Shown: positions 1-8,648 of the stretch, in pieces
Layout of the letters: the number at the start of each line of letters is the position of its first letter
Numbering within the stretch: the stretch's first letter is position 1
Assembly: GCA_043813365.1 (NCBI GenBank)
Contig: JBDRLB010000037.1
Span: 1-18,624 of the forward strand
Direction of reading: 5' to 3'
Source: Candidatus Micrarchaeota archaeon
Lineage (GTDB): Archaea; Micrarchaeota; Micrarchaeia; Norongarragalinales; SBBD01
Length of the DNA stretch: 18,624 bases
Translations under genes and position numbers: made by a program
Notes under the pieces: generated by a model
What the model was told of the DNA's origin: nothing
The model's database searches: none
Seen by the model: only the letters and a program-made list of their open reading frames with translations

Positions 1-1
1 C

Positions 2-577
2 GGCGCAACAAAATACAAGGAGCCTGGGGTATACCTCACATTCGAGGAGAAGAAGGAGGACATATTCAAGCACACTTCGAGGTACGGCTGGGATTTGAAA
101 AAGCTGGAATCGGATGGGAAGCTGATTGTGCTGCAATACCCGCCGCATGACATCGATCGCTTCATCCTCGAGGGGGAGATAATCGAGGATACGATCAAGG
201 ACATGGGCGCCAAGCGGCTTGTGATCGATTCGATAACGAGTTTTGCGCTTATTTTTGACAGCAGCTACAAGCGGAAACTGGGGATCATAAAGGTGCTGGA
301 GCTCCTGAAGAAGTGGGGATGCACCACTTTGCTTACATCGGAGGCAATAACCGAGAAGGAGGGCGAGATCCGCGCGCGCTTCGGGCTGGGCTACCTTTCC
401 GACGGGCTGATTCATATGTATAATATTCGGCAGGGAGACCAGAGGCAGAAAGCGATCGAAGTAGTGAAGATGAGGGGAGTCTCCCACAGCAACCTGATCG
501 TGCCGTTCGAGTTCAAGCAAGCGGGGATAGAGCTTTACCCGAACCAGCCGGTGTTTGGAGGATTGGAGAGGAAATAA
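2..577 (+). CDS. KaiC/RAD55-family (RecA-superfamily) ATPase, 5'-truncated by the window edge
   Basis: The frame is open from nt 2 (GATKYKEPGVYLTFEEKKEDIFKHTSRYGWDL...), upstream of the track start at 95. It has KaiC-type motifs YLTFEE, Walker B RLVIDS, TTLLTSE, DGLIHM and the VVKMRG arginine-finger motif. Walker A lies outside the window. Confidence 0.92.
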   Translation, partial: GATKYKEPGVYLTFEEKKEDIFKHTSRYGWDLKKLESDGKLIVLQYPPHDIDRFILEGEIIEDTIKDMGAKRLVIDSITSFALIFDSSYKRKLGIIKVLELLKKWGCTTLLTSEAITEKEGEIRARFGLGYLSDGLIHMYNIRQGDQRQKAIEVVKMRGVSHSNLIVPFEFKQAGIELYPNQPVFGGLERK

Positions 578-590
578 CCTTTTTTTATTC
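578..590 (+). terminator. Putative archaeal oligo-T terminator
   Basis: A T-tract (cctttttttattc) follows the stop codon directly. Confidence 0.45.
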
Positions 591-636
591 GCGCATACTA
601 AGTACCCCAGCTTTCGCCATCCATTGGCTTCAATAT

Positions 637-645
637 GTTTAAATA
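637..645 (+). promoter_or_regulatory. TATA box of the minor-pilin operon (probably a leaderless transcript)
   Basis: GTTTAAATA ends about 22 nt upstream of the start at 667, and there is no obvious SD. Confidence 0.6.
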
Positions 646-666
646 CGCGGAATCTGTTTTCATTGC

Positions 667-1794
667 ATGGGGATTTTGGAGGGGAAAAGCCTCAGTCTTA
701 GGGCACAGTCGGCTGTGGAGTTCCTTATAATACTTACAGTTGGTTTGCTATTGCTGGCATTCGTGATCTCCACATCGCAGCAACGGATCACTGGATCGCA
801 GCAGGCGCTCGCTTTCTCAATAGCAAAGGGATCCGTGGATGCGCTTGCAAAGGCAGCTGATTCCGTGCATTATGAAGGGGTGGGCTCGAAGCGGCAAGTT
901 AAATTTACAATTCCGGAAGGCGCGATCGGAGCAATTATTCAGGGGAATTCATTTAAAATCAGCATCAGCACGCAAGGGAACGTGGCGGATGCATCTGCAA
1001 TGACGCAAGCAACCATCTGCACAAATTCGAAGCTTCCTGAAAAAATTGGCACATACACGGTAACTGTGGAGGGGCTTGACGGCTGCGTCCTCATTGGGAG
1101 CGGCTCCAATCTCACGGTGAGCACAACATTGATTTCAGTGAGATCGTATGCAAATGCGAGCCTCACCAAATCGGTCGTATATTCGAATGAAGGCAGCACT
1201 CCAATCGATGTGCTCCTGAACCTCACGTTCATCAGCCCAGATGTGAAAGTGGATTTGCTTAACCCATCGGATTCTTCCTTCACTTTGGCAGCTGGAATGC
1301 AGAAGGAGGTGCAATTGAACATCACTATCTCATCAACAGCACTGCAAACACAGACCGGATCCCTCATTGCCGAAGGCGGCAACGGAGAAAACCTGACTAC
1401 GGCAATAATAATATCCGTTGAAAGCCAGGAATGTGGATCGCAGCTGCCTTGCATTGCCTCATCGGATGTAGCTGAAATTGAAATTGAAACCTACGCTTCG
1501 GCATCGTATTCCCATAAAAAGGAAATATTCAATCCTCCTGAAACAATCGCCATTCAGGGAGGAAGCTTTGACCCAAACACCGCACTGAGCCTCGATGTGC
1601 GGAATCCGTCGGATGCCGCATCAATTGCGGGTTACCCGAAGGCGCTCACAACAAATTCCAGCGGGGGGTTCAAGGAAGAGATAGCAGCTAACCTCATGGA
1701 TGAGGCAAATGGGTACATAATCAGGGCGAGCGGAGTGTTCGGCGGGATGCCAGTTGTCGCAAACGGCAATTTCAATGTCAATGCATGCACGTGA
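667..1794 (+). CDS. Class III signal-peptide (type IV pilin-like) protein with C-terminal beta-rich/Ig-like domains; minor pilin or adhesin
   Basis: RA/QSAVEF followed by a hydrophobic helix matches the archaeal [KR][GA]/Q-x-x-x-E prepilin motif. The remainder is S/T/N-rich beta-type sequence with Cys pairs. Confidence 0.85.
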   Translation: MGILEGKSLSLRAQSAVEFLIILTVGLLLLAFVISTSQQRITGSQQALAFSIAKGSVDALAKAADSVHYEGVGSKRQVKFTIPEGAIGAIIQGNSFKISISTQGNVADASAMTQATICTNSKLPEKIGTYTVTVEGLDGCVLIGSGSNLTVSTTLISVRSYANASLTKSVVYSNEGSTPIDVLLNLTFISPDVKVDLLNPSDSSFTLAAGMQKEVQLNITISSTALQTQTGSLIAEGGNGENLTTAIIISVESQECGSQLPCIASSDVAEIEIETYASASYSHKKEIFNPPETIAIQGGSFDPNTALSLDVRNPSDAASIAGYPKALTTNSSGGFKEEIAANLMDEANGYIIRASGVFGGMPVVANGNFNVNACT

Positions 1795-1799
1795 AAAAA

Positions 1800-3494
1800 A
1801 TGGAAAATAAAAAAATCAGAAGGGCGTTTGCAGCATTATTTGCATTGCTGCTATTCCCCTTCATCAATGCAGCTGAAATAAGCTATAGTCAGGACGGGTT
1901 TCCATATGTCGCGAATGGCACCGCAACAAGCGGCATCGCAAACATCAATTTACCGGATCTCTCATCCTACAATGTGACGGAAGCGCTCGTTTCAACTGAA
2001 TCCACATATTCAGACTTGGTATTGAACGGCAATTTCACGGGCGGTTCGGGAAGCAATTGGGCATACGCTGAAACGGACCCTTCCGGAAGGGCAAGTTCGG
2101 CGTTCCTTACGAGCGGGGGGGATGATGAGAGTGGAAGGTGGAGGTTTAGGATGACCGACTCTTCCAACTTCTTCAGCTACGATGTGGTGGGAAACCTCAC
2201 GAATGACGGCGTTTTCTGGGATGGCTCGGCAATTTCAGGGGCGATCCTAAACCTCTCGTTCATCAAAGAATGGCAGACCCTTGCACCTATCGAAAATACG
2301 GTCGCGGCAGTGCTCATCAGACCCGACGGTTCGCAAGTGGAAATCTGGAGCAATGACACGATATTTGATTCAAGTATGTATGAGCGTTTGAGCATTCCGG
2401 TTGGTACGGGCAATTTCACGCAGGCAGGCACATACCGATTAAGGCTTTTCAACCGGGTCGTTTCGCCTACCAGGAGATCCACGGTCTCCAACTATTGGGA
2501 CCAGATCTCATTGACTCTAGTAAAAACGGCGTTCTCCTATTCATATGGAGTTTGGCATAACTCCTCATCGATCAATGTTCCCGCCAACTTGAATGAAATC
2601 TCCGAAATCAACGTAACGCTCAGGTTCCTTGCCAACACTACAGCAACGCCCGCAATTGGAATATTCAATTTCCAGAATGGCGCATGGGAAAATTCGGGCT
2701 GCACCCCATCTTCAGCAGTTGCAGCAAATGCGCGGTACCTTTGGAATTGCATAATTGCATCCTCTCCCCAAAATTACATCAGCACGGATGGCAGCCGTAG
2801 GATCAGGATGCGGCTTTACACTCCCGGCACGGATAACCTGCAAACCGCGTTCTCGGAGGACTGGCTTAATTATAAAATCACGTATGCGATACCGCAGGCG
2901 TTCGTCAATGCAGACAAGCCCAGCTATTCAAGTTGCGGCCGTGTTTATTACCGGGCGGAATTTTTTGATTCCGAACATCAACTATACACGCAAGCAATCT
3001 GGGCGAATATGAGCATTTTTTATGGGAATTCGATGCTTCTAAGCTCGGTGGTTCCGGTAGGCGGAGGGACGCTGGAATCCGTCTACTTGTTGCCCCTTGG
3101 TTCCGCTTCTGGGGACTATACAATTAAGGCCCTTTCCGGCGCAATTGGAAGGAAATACTTCCACGTAAGCGAGGGCTCAGCTGATGTTTGGAAAATGGCG
3201 CTTTCTTTCATTCCCGACCAGGGAAAATATTCCGCAAGCGATTCGCCTTCGGTTTCGCTTACCGTTCTCAGCCAGAAAGGCATGGGGATAGATACGCTTG
3301 TCCTGAATGGGAATTTGCTTTTATTCAGGGATGCATCGCCATATTCTCCAGCAATATTAAATCACGGGAACGGCACATATTCATTCAATCTGGCAATGGC
3401 GGGGCTTGCTGCAAATGCTTCCCATCAACTGAGGGCAGTTGCAAATTCCAGCGGCATCAACGCTACTGCATCCAGGGGATTCTTCATAGGATAA
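1800..3494 (+). CDS. Large secreted surface glycoprotein (beta-sandwich-like), pilus-associated
   Basis: The N-terminus MENKKIRRAFAALFALLLFPFINA is a signal peptide (ATG 1800 preferred over 1785). The protein is S/T/N/G/aromatic-rich, has over a dozen N-x-S/T sequons and sits inside the pilin operon. Confidence 0.7.
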   Translation: MENKKIRRAFAALFALLLFPFINAAEISYSQDGFPYVANGTATSGIANINLPDLSSYNVTEALVSTESTYSDLVLNGNFTGGSGSNWAYAETDPSGRASSAFLTSGGDDESGRWRFRMTDSSNFFSYDVVGNLTNDGVFWDGSAISGAILNLSFIKEWQTLAPIENTVAAVLIRPDGSQVEIWSNDTIFDSSMYERLSIPVGTGNFTQAGTYRLRLFNRVVSPTRRSTVSNYWDQISLTLVKTAFSYSYGVWHNSSSINVPANLNEISEINVTLRFLANTTATPAIGIFNFQNGAWENSGCTPSSAVAANARYLWNCIIASSPQNYISTDGSRRIRMRLYTPGTDNLQTAFSEDWLNYKITYAIPQAFVNADKPSYSSCGRVYYRAEFFDSEHQLYTQAIWANMSIFYGNSMLLSSVVPVGGGTLESVYLLPLGSASGDYTIKALSGAIGRKYFHVSEGSADVWKMALSFIPDQGKYSASDSPSVSLTVLSQKGMGIDTLVLNGNLLLFRDASPYSPAILNHGNGTYSFNLAMAGLAANASHQLRAVANSSGINATASRGFFIG

Positions 3495-3503
3495 GTGGGA
3501 AAT

Positions 3504-3902
3504 ATGAACAAGGCACAATTCAGTGTTGACCTGCTCATGGTAATAGGGATCATGCTGCTCCTGTTCCTGGCATTGTTCCAGTTTTACCTCTCGAAATCCC
3601 AAGATGTGCGGCTGGTATCGGAAAAGCTGAAGGGGAAAGAGATTGCTGATTCCGTATCCGAAAAGGTGAATTTGGCGCTTCTGGGAGGGAACGGGACTGA
3701 AATCAAGTACAATTTGCCCGGCAATATATTGGATAAGGATTATGACGTATCCATCAGCGGCAGGCGGGTGGAAGTGGGGATGCAGGGATTCGTGGTATCA
3801 TCGCCGATCCTTACGAGCAACATAGAAACTCCGGATTTGAATTCAAAAAAGGGCCAGGAGATGGTTTTCGTGAACCTGGATGGGAAAATAATTGTAAAGT
3901 GA
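3504..3902 (+). CDS. Minor pilin, class III signal peptide
   Basis: MNKA/QFSVDLLMVIGIMLLLFLALF gives the motif plus a hydrophobic helix; ATG at 3504. Confidence 0.85.
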   Translation: MNKAQFSVDLLMVIGIMLLLFLALFQFYLSKSQDVRLVSEKLKGKEIADSVSEKVNLALLGGNGTEIKYNLPGNILDKDYDVSISGRRVEVGMQGFVVSSPILTSNIETPDLNSKKGQEMVFVNLDGKIIVK

Positions 3903-3908
3903 GGGGAT

Positions 3909-4421
3909 ATGAGGGCACAGCTTTTTTCATTCGATTTCATCGTCTCGATAGCACTGATCATTTTGCTGCTTGGGATGGCTATTTACGTATCCGACAAGAC
4001 ATCGGAAGCGATCAATAGCGGGGAGGGATCGAGGCAAATGCAGAACTCCCTCTCCTACTCGCTTTCGGCACTTGTGCTATCTCCTGGCGACCCCACAAAC
4101 TGGAACCGCATGGAATTTTCAGATGGGAATGTCCGGTCAATAGGACTGGCGGCATCGCCGAACGTGCTCGACGGGAGGAAGGTAGTAGATTTCTTTGCGA
4201 TTGCAGGTTCCTCATTCTCCAATTATTCGGCCTTGAAGGCAATACTGGGGCTGAATTACCCCTCGTCTAATTTTTCAGTTACAATATACGATTCCGAAGG
4301 GATGGAATTGTATTCAACGGAATACTTGCCGGGAAGCGATGCTACCGTCTATGCCGGCGAAAGGCTCGCGTTACTAGAAGGGGAAGGAGTGAGATTGAAA
4401 ATGATGGTGTGGGTGGAATGA
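3909..4421 (+). CDS. Minor pilin, class III signal peptide
   Basis: MRA/QLFSFDFIVSIALIILLL; the SPGDPTNW and SIGLA motifs resemble minor pilins of archaeal pilin clusters. An SD-like GAGGGG lies upstream. Confidence 0.85.
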   Translation: MRAQLFSFDFIVSIALIILLLGMAIYVSDKTSEAINSGEGSRQMQNSLSYSLSALVLSPGDPTNWNRMEFSDGNVRSIGLAASPNVLDGRKVVDFFAIAGSSFSNYSALKAILGLNYPSSNFSVTIYDSEGMELYSTEYLPGSDATVYAGERLALLEGEGVRLKMMVWVE

Positions 4422-4822
4422 TGAGGAAGGCCATATTTTTCAGCATCGACGCGGTACTGGCGCTACTGATATCCTCAGTATTGCTGGCAGCCACTTTGCA
4501 GTCGCTGTCGCAGATGGAAAGTCTGAAACCCTCCGACCCGACGCTTGCAATTTCCAGGGATGCGCTCGCAACCATGGAAAAAAGCGGGATCCTCCAGGAT
4601 GCGGTTAAGGCCGGCTCCTCCGCAAGAATCAGGAATTTCCTGGAATTCATGCCCGAAAACGTGTGCTACAGGGTTTCGATATTCGCCCAAAATTCCCAGG
4701 AGCCCGTGATGGCCGAGGAAAATTGCGCGTGCGATGAAATAACATCCGTTGCGAGGAGCTTCATAGCCGAGGGGGCGGAAGCGGAAATCTACGTAGCGGA
4801 AATGAGGTCGTGCATCAGATGA
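4418..4822 (+). CDS. Minor pilin-like protein, class III-like signal peptide
   Basis: MMRKA/IFFSIDAVLALLISSVLL; the ATG overlaps the upstream TGA (ATGA at 4418-4421). Confidence 0.8.
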   Translation: MMRKAIFFSIDAVLALLISSVLLAATLQSLSQMESLKPSDPTLAISRDALATMEKSGILQDAVKAGSSARIRNFLEFMPENVCYRVSIFAQNSQEPVMAEENCACDEITSVARSFIAEGAEAEIYVAEMRSCIR

Positions 4823-5652
4823 GGAAGGCAGTATTTTTCGCATTGTTGTACGGAGCATTCTTCATGCTTACGCTGTCGCTTGCGCTTTTCTATTCCTCGC
4901 ACATTTCGGAATCGGAAAGGACGGCAGTAGATGGAAAAAAATACATGAAATTCTCGTATGTTGCTGACGATGTCGGCACGGACATCCTCTCGCTGCTAGG
5001 CATTGAAAAAATCGCCCTTGGGAGGAACGGCTCAGTCTCTGAAATAAGCATCACGGAACGTCTGCCTTCACCATATGCGGATCCGGATTACGAGCTCTCA
5101 AGGTACGGCGAGTTTGCTGAGGGCGAGTATGCCAAGAGGAACAACCTGCAGGGGAAAATTTCGCTTGAGACAGGCGCGCTCGGATCGCCGTTCATTTATT
5201 TCAGCGGCCCGGAGTTCAATTATTCGTATTCAGGGTTAGGAAAAAGCGGATCGCTGTTCGTCGCGGGGCCTTCATTGGAAAAAATTTCCGTCTCGATTTC
5301 TTCCGGAAAGGATGCAATACAGGCGTGCGGCTGGACGCAGCTCTCAAGCGGCAGCATGGAGGCCGTGGTCGATTTCAATTCGCCGAATTGCATGCGCCAA
5401 ACGCCATCCATAAATGCGCTCGCACCAAGCAGCTTCTGGGCGAACACGTCCTCCGGGAAATACATAAATTTGACTTTCGGCGTCGCAGACGGGAATTTTT
5501 ACGCGCTCAAAATTGCCCCGGATTCCGTCCCTCTGGAGGTGCAGATAAACGTAAGCTATTCTTACGAAGGCCCAGTGTCTGCCTACTTGCCGGCCGGAAT
5601 CACATATTCGGACGGCTATTCCCTCTCGGCATTGCCGATCGTAAAAAACTAG
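4819..5652 (+). CDS. Pilin-like secreted or membrane-anchored protein, last gene of the minor-pilin operon
   Basis: MRKA/VFFALLYGAFFMLTLSLALF with ATGA overlap at 4819-4822; beta-rich C-terminal part with N-glycosylation sequons. Confidence 0.7.
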   Translation: MRKAVFFALLYGAFFMLTLSLALFYSSHISESERTAVDGKKYMKFSYVADDVGTDILSLLGIEKIALGRNGSVSEISITERLPSPYADPDYELSRYGEFAEGEYAKRNNLQGKISLETGALGSPFIYFSGPEFNYSYSGLGKSGSLFVAGPSLEKISVSISSGKDAIQACGWTQLSSGSMEAVVDFNSPNCMRQTPSINALAPSSFWANTSSGKYINLTFGVADGNFYALKIAPDSVPLEVQINVSYSYEGPVSAYLPAGITYSDGYSLSALPIVKN

Positions 5653-6012
5653 TCACTTTTTCTTGAAGAAGTTGCTCTCCACCTTCGCGAACCCGTAAAC
5701 TTTGGAGAATTTCCTGATTTCATAGGTTATTTTGATGAAGCACAGAGCGATTACCGTGTTATACAAAGCGCGATAATTCTCGATGAAATTCGGGCCTATC
5801 TCGTCAAAAACGCTGATGCTCTTTACGTATACGAGGCCGTTGAATATCATCTGGAATATGAAGAACAATACCGCCGTGTAGTAAATCCAGTCGACGATCC
5901 GCTTGAATTCGCCCTTCTCGAAGCGCTTGCTCGCCCTCCAGATGATTATCGCTGCCAGGAAGGTTACGAGTATGTCGATCGCATTGAAGAATATTACGCT
6001 CTCGTTTACCAT
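5653..6012 (-). CDS. Small membrane protein (about 3 TM helices), putative sensor partner of the adjacent KaiC-like protein
   Basis: 119 aa with three hydrophobic segments and a basic C-tail. SD-like AAGGCGG upstream; co-oriented with 6061..6627. Confidence 0.7.
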   Translation of the reverse strand: MVNESVIFFNAIDILVTFLAAIIIWRASKRFEKGEFKRIVDWIYYTAVLFFIFQMIFNGLVYVKSISVFDEIGPNFIENYRALYNTVIALCFIKITYEIRKFSKVYGFAKVESNFFKKK

Positions 6013-6060
6013 GTTTGTTTCCGCCTTAACACATTACACGCTGCTTAATTATATTTGCCC

Positions 6061-6627
6061 CTAATCCGCCTCGACCACCTTGTCGCAGAACTGGCTCAAA
6101 TCCTTTATCAGCTTCTGGTCGGTCTCTTTCTCCAGCGATACAAGCACCATCCCCACCTTCCATAAACGCATCTTGCTCACGAGGAAATGCGTGAACTGCG
6201 CTACGGTGCCTGCTGAATTGTAAATCAGCATCGTCGCAAGCGAATCGATGAATATGAACCGGTTATCCTGCTCCATGCGCTCAACCAGCTGCGTAAGCGC
6301 GATGCTCAGTTCGGTGAGGTTGCGCGGCGAGGGCAGGAATATGCAGTTTTCCGTGCGTTCACCGCGCTTGCCTGTTGTCTGCGTAATAAGATCGAGGAAA
6401 TAGAGCCTTTCAAGATCAAGCTTCTCCTTCCCAAGCGAGGAGGTGAGGTTCTCATACGGCCTGTTGAATGTGACGTAAATTCCCGCCGAATCCTTTTCCG
6501 AAAGAAGCAGCCTCAGGGTTTCCACGTTCACTTTCATGTAGTTCTTCGAGCTCGTAACGAGCAGGATTACGTAATGCGAGGGAAGGCCCGCGAGCTCCTT
6601 GTGGAGCAGCCGTTTTATGTCCGTCAT
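6061..6627 (-). CDS. Inactivated KaiC/RecA-fold ATPase-like protein (DUF835-like)
   Basis: Retains GIYVTFNRP, LYFLD, Walker-B-like FIFIDSLATMLIYN and C-terminal SQFCDKVVE, but has no GxxxxGKT Walker A. ATG 6627 is preferred because a TATA box lies about 25 nt upstream. Confidence 0.75.
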   Translation of the reverse strand: MTDIKRLLHKELAGLPSHYVILLVTSSKNYMKVNVETLRLLLSEKDSAGIYVTFNRPYENLTSSLGKEKLDLERLYFLDLITQTTGKRGERTENCIFLPSPRNLTELSIALTQLVERMEQDNRFIFIDSLATMLIYNSAGTVAQFTHFLVSKMRLWKVGMVLVSLEKETDQKLIKDLSQFCDKVVEAD

Positions 6628-6645
6628 GGAAACGTTACGCAAGGG

Positions 6646-6656
6646 TGTTTAAATAT
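6646..6656 (-). promoter_or_regulatory. TATA box for the minus-strand KaiC-like/membrane gene pair
   Basis: The minus strand reads aagaaTATTTAAAcac, about 25 nt upstream of ATG 6627. Confidence 0.55.
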
Positions 6657-6772
6657 TCTTGCGCGATGGGGCCGTTGGCGAAAACGCCTTCCAAGTATCT
6701 GGAGGGGCGGGATTGCCCGGAAAAGCATTAGCCAGAAATCAATATCGCCCCAAAATGGCGTCAAAGTAATGC

Positions 6773-6810
6773 TTTTTATATGGCGGCTGATTAGGCAGTA
6801 TTGTGAGGGA
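6773..6810 (+). promoter_or_regulatory. TATA box (TTTTTATA, 6773-6780) and SD-like GAGGGA for the ATPase-TadB/C operon
   Basis: Position and spacing relative to ATG 6813; divergent from the promoter near 6650. Confidence 0.55.
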
Positions 6811-6812
6811 AA

Positions 6813-8639
6813 ATGAAGGCCGGTGAAGAGCACCTTAAGGGTTCCAGTTTGGTGGAAAGGAAGCATGGATGGCTCCTGAAAACCAAAATTACGCAGTACT
6901 GCGAATACCTCGCATCCCAGAAAAACAGGGAGGCGGATTTCTCTTCCCTTTCGGAGCATCTCCAGCTTCCCGTTAATGAGGTTGAACGCCTCGGGAAAAT
7001 CCTGCAGGAACAGGACGTGCTCGAGCTGAATTATCCCGTCAATATCCTCACCAAACCTTTCGTGCGGCTCAAGGCAGAATTGCCGTATCCGCACGCAAAG
7101 CCAACTGCCGGGGAAAAGCTATTGCTTTCATACGAAATTTCAGCCAACAATGTGCCTGCGAAAGTGCAGATATGGCAGGCGCATGACAGCAGCCGGCCCA
7201 TTTATACGCTCGAATACCCCCATGCATGCCCCTACACCGAGCGTTTCCTGAACTACATGCGCGATACGCTTGCAAAGAACCTCCCGGTTGAGACGGACGA
7301 GATTGTTGACGCGGCGAAATTCCAGAAAATGAAGGAGCGGTTCTATGTTGCGGCGCTCGAGCTTTTAGAGAAGGAATCGATGGCGCATTCGGAAGAGGAG
7401 AGGAAAGTCATCGCGGGCCTGCTGCTGCAAAGGATGTACGGGCTTGGAGTCGTTGAAATCCTGATGTCGGACGATTACCTTGAGGAGGTCTCCATAAACG
7501 GCGCTGCCTCGCCGATTGCAGTTTACCACCGGAAATTCGGCTGGCTGAAAACGGACATCATGATGCAAAGCGAGGAGGAAATCTACAATTTCGCAGCCCA
7601 GATCGCAAGGAAATCCGGCAGGGAAATCTCAATACTCAGCCCCATACTTGATGCGGCGCTTGTTTCGGGCGACAGGGTATCCGCAACGCTTTTCCCGATT
7701 TCCACAAATGGCAATACGATCACAATACGCCGCTTCGCGCGCAATCCCTGGACCATCACTTCCCTGACGGACCAGAAAACGAAAACCATGTCAGTTGAGA
7801 TGGCCGCATTCCTCTGGATGGCAATACAGTACGAGCTGAATGTGCTTGTGGCAGGCGGAACCGCATCCGGGAAAACTTCCACCCTTAATACGCTGACATC
7901 ATTGATACCGCCAATGCACCGCGTGGTCTCCATCGAGGATACGAGGGAAATTTCACTTCCATCTTATTTGCGCTGGAACTGGGTGCCTTTGCTCACAAGG
8001 ACCAACAACCCTGAAGGGAGGGGAAGGGTATCGATGCTCGACCTGATGGTGGAGAGCCTTAGGATGCGGCCCGACCGGATCATTATCGGGGAGGTTAGGA
8101 GGAAGCGCGAGGCGGAAGTGATGTTCGAGGCGATGCATACCGGCCATGCGGTTTATACGACGATACATGCGGATACTGCTGCGCAAGTTGTAAGGAGGCT
8201 GGTAGAGCCGCCCATTGAAATACCGAAGCTTGAGCTGGAATCCCTCCACCTCATTGTTGTGCAATATCGCGACAGGAGGAAAGGGATTCGGAGGACTTAC
8301 GAGATCAGCGAGCTGGCGCAATCCTCAACCGAGGCAGCAGGGCTCAATTTGAACACGCTATTCAAATGGCGGCCGCGCTCGGATCAATTTGAAAAGGTCA
8401 ACGAGAGCTCCCGCGTATTTTCAGAGCTCAACTTGCATACAGGGCTGACTGTTGGTGAAATACAGGAGGACCTGAAGAATAAGCAGAAGATACTCGAATG
8501 GATGCTCTCGAGGCAAATTCTTCTGACCGAGGATGTCGGGCACATCATGAGCTTTTACTACAAGGATCCGCATTCACTTCTCGATGCTGCAAGGAAAAAC
8601 CTCCGTATGCAGGATCTTTTGGGCGGGGAAGGGCAATAA
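6813..8639 (+). CDS. Type IV pilus / type II-IV secretion assembly ATPase (CpaF/VirB11/FlaI family)
   Basis: Walker A GGTASGKTS, Asp box SIEDTRE, Walker B LRMRPDRIIIGEVR and His box HTGH...TIHA. N-domain motifs LEEVSING and TITIRRF are also present. Confidence 0.95.
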   Translation: MKAGEEHLKGSSLVERKHGWLLKTKITQYCEYLASQKNREADFSSLSEHLQLPVNEVERLGKILQEQDVLELNYPVNILTKPFVRLKAELPYPHAKPTAGEKLLLSYEISANNVPAKVQIWQAHDSSRPIYTLEYPHACPYTERFLNYMRDTLAKNLPVETDEIVDAAKFQKMKERFYVAALELLEKESMAHSEEERKVIAGLLLQRMYGLGVVEILMSDDYLEEVSINGAASPIAVYHRKFGWLKTDIMMQSEEEIYNFAAQIARKSGREISILSPILDAALVSGDRVSATLFPISTNGNTITIRRFARNPWTITSLTDQKTKTMSVEMAAFLWMAIQYELNVLVAGGTASGKTSTLNTLTSLIPPMHRVVSIEDTREISLPSYLRWNWVPLLTRTNNPEGRGRVSMLDLMVESLRMRPDRIIIGEVRRKREAEVMFEAMHTGHAVYTTIHADTAAQVVRRLVEPPIEIPKLELESLHLIVVQYRDRRKGIRRTYEISELAQSSTEAAGLNLNTLFKWRPRSDQFEKVNESSRVFSELNLHTGLTVGEIQEDLKNKQKILEWMLSRQILLTEDVGHIMSFYYKDPHSLLDAARKNLRMQDLLGGEGQ

Positions 8640-8648
8640 GGTGTCGCG

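Noticed and set aside
2..577. Circadian clock KaiC
   Set aside because: There is no kaiA/kaiB in the window, and the segment equivalent to the ST phosphosites reads LGYLSD; this fits a generic archaeal KaiC/RAD55 ATPase.
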